Below are positions 37,739-49,173 of a stretch of DNA of 64,000 nucleotides, piece after piece; the first letter of the stretch is position 1, and the number at the start of each line of letters is the position of its first letter. Origin of the DNA: Candidatus Latescibacterota bacterium (GTDB taxonomy: Bacteria; Latescibacterota; UBA2968; UBA8231); the NCBI GenBank assembly GCA_965197905.1, contig CBDAOB010000002.1, positions 352,001 through 416,000 of the forward strand. Reading direction: 5' to 3'. The notes under the pieces are model-generated. The model did not search any database and was not told the DNA's origin. It saw only the letters and a list, made by a program, of their open reading frames with translations. The position numbers were made by a program, and so were the translations under genes.

Positions 37739-38641
37739 CTACGGTATTTCCAGTCGCTCGCGAAAGATCTCGTCGGGGTTGCCGTTTAGGCGCCAGTACG
37801 GCTCGCGAATAGATTTTACCAACTCGCCGCTACCGCCGTGGGAATCCTGCCACCCCAGAATCTTCCTCGGAGGGGCGTCCTCCACCCATACGGTCTTCGT
37901 TGTACCGCCCGCCGACCAGGTCCACGGAACGGCGGCGTACTCCGTACCCGAGACCGTCTTGAGGACTGCCTCACCTTTCTCGATCCGGGCATCTGCCAGC
38001 CTGTGCGGCCGGTGTTCCATGCGAAAGGACCAGAGACTCGGCAGAAGCCGCATATCGCGGGTTTCCCCCGGTTCCATCCATGGCCCGGCCAACTCGCGAA
38101 TTCGGATCAACAGGTGATCCTCCGCCTCGAAGCGGTCGGGCAGCTCGATCTGGTAGTCGGTGCGGCCTTCGCTCTCGAAATAGCTGTTCAAGGCGCCGTC
38201 GAGCCGACCGTTCCGTATGCGACTTTCATCGAAAACGTGTCCACACCATTCCTGCGCGCTCAAAGTAACCTTGCACAGCTCGAAACCGTGCCCGCGCTCA
38301 TATCCTTCCACCGCGCTGAACACCGAGGTCATCACGGAATAGTCGTAGATGCCGGTGTTGAACTTCAAAACGTTGTTGAGCTTCAGCACGTAGATGCGCT
38401 GGTCTGCTGGCTGCGGGGATTCCACCTTGATCAGCGTTTGGCGATTGAGCTCTTCGGTGACGAAGATCAACACCCCATAGCCCCTGCGCTGCTCCCCGTA
38501 GCGTGGCTGGACCACCGTATAGCTGGATATCTCGGCCTGACCGTCGCCCCAATGGGCGTAAAATTCGGACGAGTCGCCGTAGGTCGGCGCGACGGCGACG
38601 GTGGCAGAAACGGCTAACACCAACAAGAACGCAAGGATCAT
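37739..38641 (-). CDS. Conserved hypothetical secreted protein (AQEWCGHVF motif)
   Basis: Signal peptide, WGDGQAEISSY, IFVTE, VLKLN..FNTGIYDYSVMTSVF. Confidence 0.75.
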   Translation of the reverse strand: MILAFLLVLAVSATVAVAPTYGDSSEFYAHWGDGQAEISSYTVVQPRYGEQRRGYGVLIFVTEELNRQTLIKVESPQPADQRIYVLKLNNVLKFNTGIYDYSVMTSVFSAVEGYERGHGFELCKVTLSAQEWCGHVFDESRIRNGRLDGALNSYFESEGRTDYQIELPDRFEAEDHLLIRIRELAGPWMEPGETRDMRLLPSLWSFRMEHRPHRLADARIEKGEAVLKTVSGTEYAAVPWTWSAGGTTKTVWVEDAPPRKILGWQDSHGGSGELVKSIREPYWRLNGNPDEIFRERLEIP

Positions 38642-38654
38642 ATTGAACCTGCAA

Positions 38655-39161
38655 TCAGTCTATTCGCGTGTTCGGATCCACCCGCAGAAACCACATCTCG
38701 TAAATCGGAATCAGAATGCAAAGCAACATGGTGATGCCCAGCAATGCAGAGTTGAGCGGCGCCAGCGCGGCGAACGGATCCCCGCCGTAGCGGATGAGCC
38801 ATGGTTTCGCGATGTCCAGAACGATATAGGCGAAACAGGAGCTGATCACGAATGTCTTGCTGCGCCGGCCCCATGCGCTGAGCAGGAAGAGATGGCCGGT
38901 GGTCACGAATACCAGGGGCATCATGAAGAGATGGTAATGGCTGGTCTCCATCAACTCGGGTATCTCTTTGGCGAAAACCATTCCATCTTCCGTGCCCTGA
39001 TAATACTCGGCGGCGCCCACTGAGGTCAGACTGGTTCGTTGGTAGGTCATCAGGATGGAAACACCGGTCGCCACCAGCATCAGCACCAGAAAGAAGGTCA
39101 TGATCAGCTTGGTGTGGAAATCCATTCGCGCTAGCTGCGAACGATTGGTAAAATATTTCAT
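38655..39161 (-). CDS. Hypothetical 4-TM membrane protein with intramembrane His residues
   Basis: Hydrophobic segments with ETSHYHLF and TGHLF. Confidence 0.7.
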   Translation of the reverse strand: MKYFTNRSQLARMDFHTKLIMTFFLVLMLVATGVSILMTYQRTSLTSVGAAEYYQGTEDGMVFAKEIPELMETSHYHLFMMPLVFVTTGHLFLLSAWGRRSKTFVISSCFAYIVLDIAKPWLIRYGGDPFAALAPLNSALLGITMLLCILIPIYEMWFLRVDPNTRID

Positions 39162-39192
39162 CGCGAAGGCTAATCTCGAGTCGAACCCTGGA

Positions 39193-39756
39193 TTAGGGAC
39201 TTGATGCAGGACCGTACAGCTGCGTTACGAGGTAAACCGATTCCCTGACGCCCCTGTTGAGCGTCCGCACGGAGAGGGTTGCTCCGGTGATATTGATGAT
39301 GTCCCTGTTGATGCGGACCGGATCGCTCGTCCTCTTCCCTCTGTACTGGCGGAGGAAGCGTGCGCGCCGAACCTCACCACCGCGGCTTTCCCGGTAAACC
39401 AGAACGGCGACATCCTTTATGCGGAAGTCGCGGGTTACACCCACCATGAAGGTGATCGGGCGGTACTTGCCGATTTCGTTGAGCAGAACGGAGTATCCCA
39501 GCTGTTTTCCATCTTCGGCGTAAGCAATATAAAGCTGCAGACTGTCAGCGGCAAAGCTTTCGATTCGGTTTGCCCGTCCCCGGGAACGAGGTAGGGGCAC
39601 CGTTGTCACCTCGTGATATTCCGCCTTCGGGAAGATCTTCGAGCGTGCCTGCTCGGGCGTGAGATAGACGCGAATAGAGCCAATCTCTGCCGCCGTCGGC
39701 ATCTCCTCGCCGACAGCCGCTGCGGATAGAAGCAAGATCGATAGGACCGCGAACAT
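39193..39756 (-). CDS. FMN-binding (flavinylation-substrate) periplasmic protein
   Basis: EIGKYRPITFMVGV, YRESRGGEV, DIINITGATLS ([S/T]GA[S/T] motif). Confidence 0.85.
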   Translation of the reverse strand: MFAVLSILLLSAAAVGEEMPTAAEIGSIRVYLTPEQARSKIFPKAEYHEVTTVPLPRSRGRANRIESFAADSLQLYIAYAEDGKQLGYSVLLNEIGKYRPITFMVGVTRDFRIKDVAVLVYRESRGGEVRRARFLRQYRGKRTSDPVRINRDIINITGATLSVRTLNRGVRESVYLVTQLYGPASSP

Positions 39757-39776
39757 GACTGGAAGAGAACCGGGGT

Positions 39777-40884
39777 CTAGAAGTAAGACGCGACGGAGAG
39801 GATGAGCCCGTTGCTGTCGTCATCCTGATCGTAGATCTCGTAGTCCAGCTTGATGACGGTCTCCTCCTCCGGACGGAAGTTCACCCCGAAGGTGTACCTG
39901 GTTTCGTCGCTCGAGTCGAGGTCGATGTGATCGTACCGCGCTACAGCGGTGAAGATGGAGTTGGGGAAGGCCGCCATGGCCCCGGGCAAAAAGTGATATC
40001 CGACCTGGCCGTAGACACCGAACTGGGAATCATCCGCGGTGCCGTCGATGGAAGCGGTGGCGTACTCGCCCAGGATATCGACCGGCCCGCGGGTATATGT
40101 AGCGTCCAGGGCGAAGATGGCCAGGCTTTCGTCGCCCGCATCATCGTAGGCTCCGGAGTGAAACGAGCCGCCGATGTCGAGGCCGAGGAACGGGCTGTAG
40201 TTTATGCGGCCGACAATCGACTTCTCCTCGTTGTTGTCAGTCTTCTGGCTTCCTCTGCCCGCGCGGATACCCACCGAGCCGTCGGCATTAACAAGCCCGG
40301 CGTTGAAGCCATTGACCACGTAGAATTCGTATCCCACAACCGACGCCTCGCTGGGGTAAAGGGTGCCGAAGAACCCCATGCCCGACTCGGACAAAGTGGT
40401 CGGCACGATCTGCCGTGCCACCAGCGGCCGGTTGGTCAAATCGTTCAGCGGGCTGTCGTGGCTCAGATTGAATTTACCCAGCGGGGAGAGAATGACTCCG
40501 CCGCGATAAGTCAGCCACTCGGCGAAGGTGATGTCCAGCGTTGCGAACTCCAGTTTGACTTCACCGTCGGAGTTGCCCGACCCCTATGACCAGACCGCCG
40601 TGTTCGAATTCGACCTCGGCGGTGACGTGGATTCTATCAGACACTTCCCCGTGAATGAACGGAATAAACCGGTGCTGGTCGAAGGTCTTCTTCTTGTCGG
40701 TCCAGAACAGCTCGTGGTCGATGTAACCGCCCAGGCTAGTTCCCTTGCCGCCTCTGGCAATATACGGCTTGTCGTAGACCCCGCCGGAAACAGCGGGTCT
40801 CTGATCCTCTGCCCCTACCTGAACGGAAACGGCGAGTCTGGATACGGCAAGTGCCCATGCCAAGCTGTTGATCTTCGCGAGCAT
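39777..40884 (-). pseudogene. Outer-membrane porin, single +1 frameshift near 40581-40584 (possible assembly error)
   Basis: FDQHRFIPFI...EVEFEHGG in 40561..40884 continues as SGNSDGEVKLEFATLD...ASYF (C-terminal Phe) in the 39777 frame. Confidence 0.8.
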
Positions 40885-41049
40885 TTGCGACTACCTCCTT
40901 TAGGTTTCGGCCTGGTTGCCGATGGTGAAAAAGGGTTACTGACGATTTTGCCACACGAATCGAGAGAAGTTTTAGTCTATTAGCTGGGACATGATTCCCC
41001 CGGTTAGCTGTGGCATGCACGGCACAGACGTATGCTATGGTATCTTTAC

Positions 41050-41085
41050 GTTTGGTATACAATATAAATGTTTGATTAACCATAC
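41050..41085. promoter_or_regulatory. Two tandem imperfect GTTTGG-N4-CCAAAC operator boxes
   Basis: GTTTGGTATACAATAT (41050-41065) and GTTTGATTAACCATAC (41070-41085), just downstream of the porin promoter. Confidence 0.5.
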
Positions 41086-41096
41086 AAACGTCCTGC

Positions 41097-41125
41097 ATAC
41101 TAACCTAAAAGCGAGCAGTCGTCAA
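41097..41125 (-). promoter_or_regulatory. Sigma70 promoter of the porin operon
   Basis: Minus strand TTGACG-17-TAGTAT. Confidence 0.6.
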
Positions 41126-41185
41126 GTGATCTTCGTAACCTGTTGTGAAAAGAGTTGCGTAGCCAGACATCAGTAGGGCAAGACA

Positions 41186-41250
41186 TTGACAAGTTTTGTA
41201 AACCGAATATGTTTTCTACTTGCCAATCGTTTGTTTGGCGTGCCAAACAA
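41186..41250 (+). promoter_or_regulatory. feoAB promoter and palindromic operator
   Basis: TTGACA-16-TATGTT (41186-41213) followed by TTGTTTGGC-GT-GCCAAACAA (41231-41250). Confidence 0.6.
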
Positions 41251-41358
41251 TGGTCGTCCCAGTTGCAACTTTTGAAAATGTACCGCTTCTTTGACCGGCG
41301 GTATGCTTCTTGCTATTTCCGCTGTTACCAATCGGTTCCTCACGGAACGAGATAACGT

Positions 41359-41658
41359 ATGAGGTTATTTCATCGCGGTTCATCCGCAAGCTCACCCTCC
41401 GGAAGTGGGAGTGAGGGACCCTTGTCCTCATGGCAGCGCGGTCGCGAGGCGGTTATCACCGCCGTCGCTGGAACGACCCGTTTGGCGGCACGATTGCGAG
41501 AGATCGGTGTTGTTCCTGGCGTAAAGCTCAAGCTGTTGAGGACCGGCACCAGAATCGTTTTTCAAGTGGGAGAATCCCGATATTGCCTGCGGCGGTGCGA
41601 CGCGGAGACGATTCAGGTATGCGCCATATCTAGCGAGAGCGACCCATTCGCCCGTTGA
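41359..41658 (+). CDS. feoA: Ferrous iron transport protein A
   Basis: RLREIGVVPGVKLKLLR, directly upstream of feoB. Confidence 0.85.
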   Translation: MRLFHRGSSASSPSGSGSEGPLSSWQRGREAVITAVAGTTRLAARLREIGVVPGVKLKLLRTGTRIVFQVGESRYCLRRCDAETIQVCAISSESDPFAR

Positions 41659-41670
41659 TTCGTCTCTGGG

Positions 41671-43911
41671 TTGCCTGAACCACCTACCCCACTCCCTTCC
41701 GTGACTGCCAACGTACCGCAAGCCACCCACACCAAAACGCTTGCCGTCGTTGGCAATCCGAACACCGGCAAAACGACCCTTTTCAACGCACTGACCGGCC
41801 TTTCCCAGGAGATCGGAAACTATCCCGGCGTGACGGTCGATCGCAAGATCGGCAAGCTGCAGCTGCGTACCGAAGCCGTCGAGCTGTTGGATCTGCCCGG
41901 ATCCTATAGCCTGGCCGCACATTCTCCCGACGAGATGATCGTGGCAGACGTGCTCCTGGGGCAGCAAGCCGGAGTCTCCCCGGTCGAAGGGGTGTTGGCG
42001 GTGCTCGACGCCGCCAACCTGAAACGCAACCTCTACCTTGTATCGCAGGTCGCAGAAATTGGTCTGCCGATGGTGATCGCGCTCAATATGAGCGACGTGG
42101 CCACCGCGCGCGAAATTCATATCGACCACCAGGCGTTAGCTGAGCGGTTGGGGGTCGCGGTTGTTCCGACCTGCGCCCTGCACAGTGAAGGTCTGGAGGA
42201 GCTGCGCGCGGCGATCGATCTGTTGTGCGAGCAGCCCGGTAACTCGGTTCCTCGCTCAACACCCGTACTGCCGCCGAAACTGGAGCAGTCGACGCGACAA
42301 CTCTCGGCCCACCCCGGGCTGAAGGATAAAGGTGTGAGAATGGACAGGGTGGAAGCCCTGCGCACGCTGGTAGACACGGGAGGCCACGCCGAGGCGCGTC
42401 TCCTGGAACAGACCGGAGCCGGGTTTGCAACCGAGCTTCATCGTTTGCGCACGGACGCAGGCGTGGAGTTGTCGGCGTTGGAGTCGGAAGCACGATACGC
42501 CTGGATCGCCAAGACCCTGAAGGGGTGCGGACCGGTCGATCAAACCCTTCTCAGCCGGCGCTCCGACCACGTTGACCGCGTACTCACGCACAGATTCCTG
42601 GGTATCCTGACCTTCATTACGGTGAACATAGTTGTGTTCGAGGCCATCTACTCGTGGTCTGCCCCGATCATGGATGGGATTAACGGTCTGTTCGGGTTTC
42701 TCGGCGCATGGGTGGGTAGCGCCATCGCGGAAGGGGCGCTTCGGAGCCTGATCGTCGATGGTCTTTTTGCCGGCGTTGGCGGCGTCCTGATCTTCCTGCC
42801 ACAGATCGCCATTCTCTTCTTTTTCATATCGCTGCTTTCTGACTGCGGGTATATGGCGCGCGCCGCCTTCCTGACGGATCGACTGCTAACTAAATGCGGC
42901 CTGTCGGGTAAGTCGTTCATCCCTCTGCTCTCCAGCTTCGCCTGCGCCATTCCCGGTGTCATGGCGACGCGAACCATCGAGGACAAGCGGGATCGCTTTA
43001 CCACCATGATGGTGGCCCCGCTCATGAGTTGTTCGGCGCGCCTTCCGGTCTATGTCATCTTTATCGCAGCGTTTATCCCGGACCGGCCGCTGCTCGGTGG
43101 TTTGATCGGCTTGCAGGGGCTTACCCTGCTGGGGATGTATTGCGTCGGCGCCGCCGTCGCCATCCCCGTCGCCTGGATATTGAAGAAAACCCTTCTCAAG
43201 GGTGAACCACCCCCGTTCTTGATGGAACTCCCATCCTACAAGTGGCCGAGCCCGCAAGCCGTATTCCTGCGGGTCTACCAGAGCTCTCGTGCTTTCGTAG
43301 TCAGGGCCGGCAGCATCATTCTTGCGACAACCGTGGTCATGTGGGCCCTGGCCTATTTCCCACGTTCGGAAGAGGTGACGTCCAGGTTCGACCAGCGGCG
43401 TGTCGAAGTCTCCGAAGCTCTTTCGGGCGAAGCCTTGGACACCGCGCTGAGGAGACTCGAAGCCCGGCAAGCAGGACAACAATTGCGCCAAAGCTATCTG
43501 GGACAGGCCGGCAGATTGGTCGAACCGTTGGTTCGCCCGCTGGGATGGGATTGGCGCATCGCCATGGCGACCCTCGCCTCCTTCCCCGCCCGCGAGGTGA
43601 TCATTTCCGTGCTGGGCACGATCTACAGCCTCGGGGGGGATCAGGACGAAAACTCCGACGACCTTCGCTTTGCCATTCGCAACTCTACGAACGATCAGGG
43701 CCAGCTGGTGTACTCCATTCCAGTTGCCCTTTCCATCATGGTGTTCTTCGCCTTGTGCGCCCAATGCGTTTCTACCCTCGCGGTGATCCAACGGGAAACC
43801 CGTTCATGGCGATGGCCGCTTTTTACCTTTTCCTACATGACTGCGCTGGCATACGTGGGTGCCTTGGTGACCTACCAGGTAACCAACGCTCTGGGATGGG
43901 GGGGGACCTGA
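41671..43911 (+). CDS. feoB: Ferrous iron transport protein B
   Basis: GNPNTGKTTLFN, NYPGVTV, DLPGSYSL, NMSD, PLMSCSARLPVY, FLMELP. Confidence 0.97.
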   Translation: MPEPPTPLPSVTANVPQATHTKTLAVVGNPNTGKTTLFNALTGLSQEIGNYPGVTVDRKIGKLQLRTEAVELLDLPGSYSLAAHSPDEMIVADVLLGQQAGVSPVEGVLAVLDAANLKRNLYLVSQVAEIGLPMVIALNMSDVATAREIHIDHQALAERLGVAVVPTCALHSEGLEELRAAIDLLCEQPGNSVPRSTPVLPPKLEQSTRQLSAHPGLKDKGVRMDRVEALRTLVDTGGHAEARLLEQTGAGFATELHRLRTDAGVELSALESEARYAWIAKTLKGCGPVDQTLLSRRSDHVDRVLTHRFLGILTFITVNIVVFEAIYSWSAPIMDGINGLFGFLGAWVGSAIAEGALRSLIVDGLFAGVGGVLIFLPQIAILFFFISLLSDCGYMARAAFLTDRLLTKCGLSGKSFIPLLSSFACAIPGVMATRTIEDKRDRFTTMMVAPLMSCSARLPVYVIFIAAFIPDRPLLGGLIGLQGLTLLGMYCVGAAVAIPVAWILKKTLLKGEPPPFLMELPSYKWPSPQAVFLRVYQSSRAFVVRAGSIILATTVVMWALAYFPRSEEVTSRFDQRRVEVSEALSGEALDTALRRLEARQAGQQLRQSYLGQAGRLVEPLVRPLGWDWRIAMATLASFPAREVIISVLGTIYSLGGDQDENSDDLRFAIRNSTNDQGQLVYSIPVALSIMVFFALCAQCVSTLAVIQRETRSWRWPLFTFSYMTALAYVGALVTYQVTNALGWGGT

Positions 43912-44084
43912 TGGAATGGCAGACCTATGTTGCCGTGCCCGTGGCGGTGGGCTGCGCCTGCTGGGTCGGTTGGCGACTGTTGCGTCCGTTCGTGAAGCGA
44001 GAGAGACCCGAGGGAGCTTCGATTCCGCCTGCCAGCAACGGCAAGTTGATAGAGATCTCCCCGGTTGACAAGAACGGTGGATAG
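43911..44084 (+). CDS. FeoB-associated small membrane protein (57 aa)
   Basis: TGATG overlap with the feoB stop, MEWQ plus a single TM helix. Confidence 0.65.
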   Translation: MEWQTYVAVPVAVGCACWVGWRLLRPFVKRERPEGASIPPASNGKLIEISPVDKNGG

Positions 44085-44102
44085 TGACTGGTCAACAGTG
44101 CA

Positions 44103-46318
<2,216 letters not shown>

Positions 46319-46801
46319 CTAGCCGTGGACAGGGTTGAGGCGCAGGCGTTCCGCAACCACGGGGGGGACGAACGGCGCGATGTCGCCACCCATCTGCGCC
46401 ACCTGACGCACCACCGTCGAGCTCAGAAACATGAAGTCGGAGCGAGTCATCAGAAAAACGGTTTCCAACTCGGGCCAGAGACTGCGATTGGTCAGCGCCA
46501 TGGTAAACTCGTTGTCGAAATCGGTGACGGCGCGAAGTCCTCTGACGGCCACCCGCACCTTGTTCTGGCGGGCGTAGTCCACGAGCAGACCGTCCCAGCT
46601 GTCGACGCTGACGTTAGGCCAGCGCGAAGTGGCCTCACGAATCATTTCGACATTTTCCTCGGTGGAAAAAAGGGACTTCTTCCGCGGATTCACCGCCAAC
46701 AACACGGTTACCTTCTCGAAGATGCCCAGAGCGCGCTCAATGATGTTCATGTGGCCATAGGTGATCGGATCGAAACTTCCCGGATAGAATGCCGCCTCCA
46801 T
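46319..46801 (-). CDS. coaD: Pantetheine-phosphate adenylyltransferase
   Basis: YPGSFDPITYGH, RGLRAVTDF, LSSTVVR. Confidence 0.97.
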   Translation of the reverse strand: MEAAFYPGSFDPITYGHMNIIERALGIFEKVTVLLAVNPRKKSLFSTEENVEMIREATSRWPNVSVDSWDGLLVDYARQNKVRVAVRGLRAVTDFDNEFTMALTNRSLWPELETVFLMTRSDFMFLSSTVVRQVAQMGGDIAPFVPPVVAERLRLNPVHG

Positions 46802-46850
46802 GCCGTTTTCCTTTCTTAGTCTGCGCCGCCTATTGCTTGCACCCGGTTGG

Positions 46851-47834
46851 TTATCTCACGAGCACGTCGACTACGGCGTAGATATGTGCGTTCTGCCATG
46901 AGCCGCCGTTGCGGTATACGGGCACCATCACCAACTCACTGAGGGTGGTCAGCTCTCCCGCCTCCTGGAGCCGCTCGGCGAACGCGGCGATCTGGTCGTA
47001 CGAACCTTTACCCCAGATTTTTTGACGATGCTTCGACAAGCCCTTGTTCAGCGCCACCGGAATCGGCCCTTCCACCGTGAGCGACCGGATTCCGCTGGCC
47101 CGTGCCCATGACGACACATCGCGCAGCACGGAAGCTGACTTTTTTGGCGTCACGGGTGCCAGATCGAAGGGGGCCGCGTCTTTAACCCGGCCCGTATACG
47201 AAAACCGGCGCTCGCTGCTCCCAGGTGTCTTCCCTTGGGTCCAAACCGTCAGGCGAACCTCGGCTGATTCCTTCAGGAGCTGGTCGTGCCACGTTTCCGC
47301 CGACGACTGGGAGATCCCAGATCCTTCTATGGTATAGCTGCCGTCTCCGCGTCCCAGCAGTGATGTCACTCGGGCGCCGTTGGGTTGGTGGCGCAGAAGA
47401 CCAACGGCGATGGCGCACGCACGGCTGGATCGGGGAAGCGGCCGCATCACGGGAGCGGCAGCAGAGACCCTGGCTGCCGGGGGGCGTGACCTAGCCGGGA
47501 CCGTCTGCTGGCTTAATGTCGCCGCTGCGGCCGTTGTAGCCGCCTGTCGCGTGCTCAACTCCGGCGACGATACCTCGCCGGAGGGAGCCGGAGCGTCGTA
47601 ATTTTCCGGGTCGCGATATTCCGTGGCGACTAGGTCAGGTAGGGGTTCTTCGTCGTCCGCCTGGAACATCACAGCGGTCATCTCACTCCACAATCGCAAG
47701 ATCGGGAACTGTCGATCGACCAGGTAGATCGCCGACACCAACAGCGCACCCGACCCCACAAGCAGGAACAGACGCATCAAAATCGCGATGATCTGCGAGT
47801 CCTGCCTTCCCAGTAGGTGGATACGTATCATCAA
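46851..47834 (-). CDS. Hypothetical single-TM protein, possibly PilN/PilO-like
   Basis: N-terminal TM, linker, ferredoxin-like tail (GKGSYDQIAAFAERL), coupled to the pilM-like gene. Confidence 0.5.
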   Translation of the reverse strand: MMIRIHLLGRQDSQIIAILMRLFLLVGSGALLVSAIYLVDRQFPILRLWSEMTAVMFQADDEEPLPDLVATEYRDPENYDAPAPSGEVSSPELSTRQAATTAAAATLSQQTVPARSRPPAARVSAAAPVMRPLPRSSRACAIAVGLLRHQPNGARVTSLLGRGDGSYTIEGSGISQSSAETWHDQLLKESAEVRLTVWTQGKTPGSSERRFSYTGRVKDAAPFDLAPVTPKKSASVLRDVSSWARASGIRSLTVEGPIPVALNKGLSKHRQKIWGKGSYDQIAAFAERLQEAGELTTLSELVMVPVYRNGGSWQNAHIYAVVDVLVR

Positions 47835-48754
47835 GGTTCGCTCAAGCCGCGGTGAGCCAATCCGGCAGTAACGGCGAATCTGTGACTGCCTTCTAGGAGC
47901 GTCGGGTCGCTACAACGGCAGTTCTCTCTCTCAACCCCGGCGAACGGGTCGAACAAGGTCACAGAAGCAGCAAAGCGTTCGACCAAGCTGGACTTCCAGG
48001 TTGCGTCGGAGCCGGAGAGACCCGCCACCCAGAAGTTGGCCGGCAGCTCGGTGTGACCGCTACGCTTAGCCATAGCCTCGACGCGATCACTCAGGATTTC
48101 CAGAGGCTCCGCCTCGCCCGGAGCGTCACTCTGCCACGGCCAGATGTCTAGCGCCACCAAATCCCCCTCTAGCAAGAGCAAGGCACTCGCACCGGAGGCG
48201 CTAATATCGAGGACCAGCTGAGGTTCATCCTGAATGCTGTCGCTGGATTCGAAGGCGTTGAATAGGGCTAACGGCGCGACATCGAAATCGGGATCTTTCA
48301 ACCCCGCTGACTCGCACAGATCCAGATAGATCTCCAACGCTCGCTTGCGCGAGGCAACGGCAATACTGCAATGGCTGGTAAACGCGAAGTCGACACCGTA
48401 CTCCGAAATCTCGTCGCTGAGAAACTGTTCGGTTTCCCATTGGACCTGGGCGCGATCGAGCTTGCCCGTTGCCTCGGGAAGCTGTGGCCACCACTTGATC
48501 CAGTATGCCTGCGGATCGAGGCAGATCAGGATATTCTCGAATCTGATGTCGCATTCTGCTTCCGCCCGCGAAAAAGCCTCTTCCAACTCGACGCTGGATT
48601 CGTCTGACTCCAACCCTTCGGGGGTGTAGGAACCGTTCAGATCGAACTGGGCGAGTCCCAGAAGCTCCGCTCCGCCCTTGTTCGACCCCAGCTCGACGAT
48701 TTGAAGTTTACCATCTACAATGTAGATACCCGTGGCACTTCGACGCGCAGACAT
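47831..48754 (-). CDS. PilM-like actin-fold protein (divergent)
   Basis: TGIYI...LQIVEL, QVQWETEQFL, DVAPLALFNAF, LVLDISAS, WVAG, FDPF. Confidence 0.65.
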   Translation of the reverse strand: MSARRSATGIYIVDGKLQIVELGSNKGGAELLGLAQFDLNGSYTPEGLESDESSVELEEAFSRAEAECDIRFENILICLDPQAYWIKWWPQLPEATGKLDRAQVQWETEQFLSDEISEYGVDFAFTSHCSIAVASRKRALEIYLDLCESAGLKDPDFDVAPLALFNAFESSDSIQDEPQLVLDISASGASALLLLEGDLVALDIWPWQSDAPGEAEPLEILSDRVEAMAKRSGHTELPANFWVAGLSGSDATWKSSLVERFAASVTLFDPFAGVERENCRCSDPTLLEGSHRFAVTAGLAHRGLSEP

Positions 48755-48763
48755 CCGTTGGCA

Positions 48764-49132
48764 TTACTCCAGAACAACGTGTGGACGAATCATTTCCAAT
48801 GTACGTTTGCCGACACCGCGGATCTTTGCCAGGTCTTCCAAGCTCTTAAACGCGCCGTGCTCGCGACGGTACTTTACAATCCGCAATGCCATTTTCGGAC
48901 CGATATTTGGCAACTGTTGCAATTCCCCTTCGGTGCCGCTGTTCAGGCGAATCGGCTGACTCGCTTCAGTCGTTTCCACGACGACCGGGGCCGGCACCGG
49001 TACAGCCTTGTGGATTACCCGAAACTCTTCGAGCGCGGAAGGCTGATAGTAGTCCCAGATCGAAACTGCGCTGCCCACCAGAAACGATCCACACAGGAAC
49101 AGCAGAGCCACTTGCTCAGTTCGGTTAAACAT
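48764..49132 (-). CDS. comEA: ComEA-family helix-hairpin-helix DNA-binding protein
   Basis: LQQLPNIGPKMALRIVKYRREHGAFKSLEDLAKIRGVGKRTLE plus an N-terminal TM. Confidence 0.85.
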   Translation of the reverse strand: MFNRTEQVALLFLCGSFLVGSAVSIWDYYQPSALEEFRVIHKAVPVPAPVVVETTEASQPIRLNSGTEGELQQLPNIGPKMALRIVKYRREHGAFKSLEDLAKIRGVGKRTLEMIRPHVVLE

Positions 49133-49173
49133 TGAAAATAGATCTGCCTATTGGGAGGGGCAACCGGAGCGGA

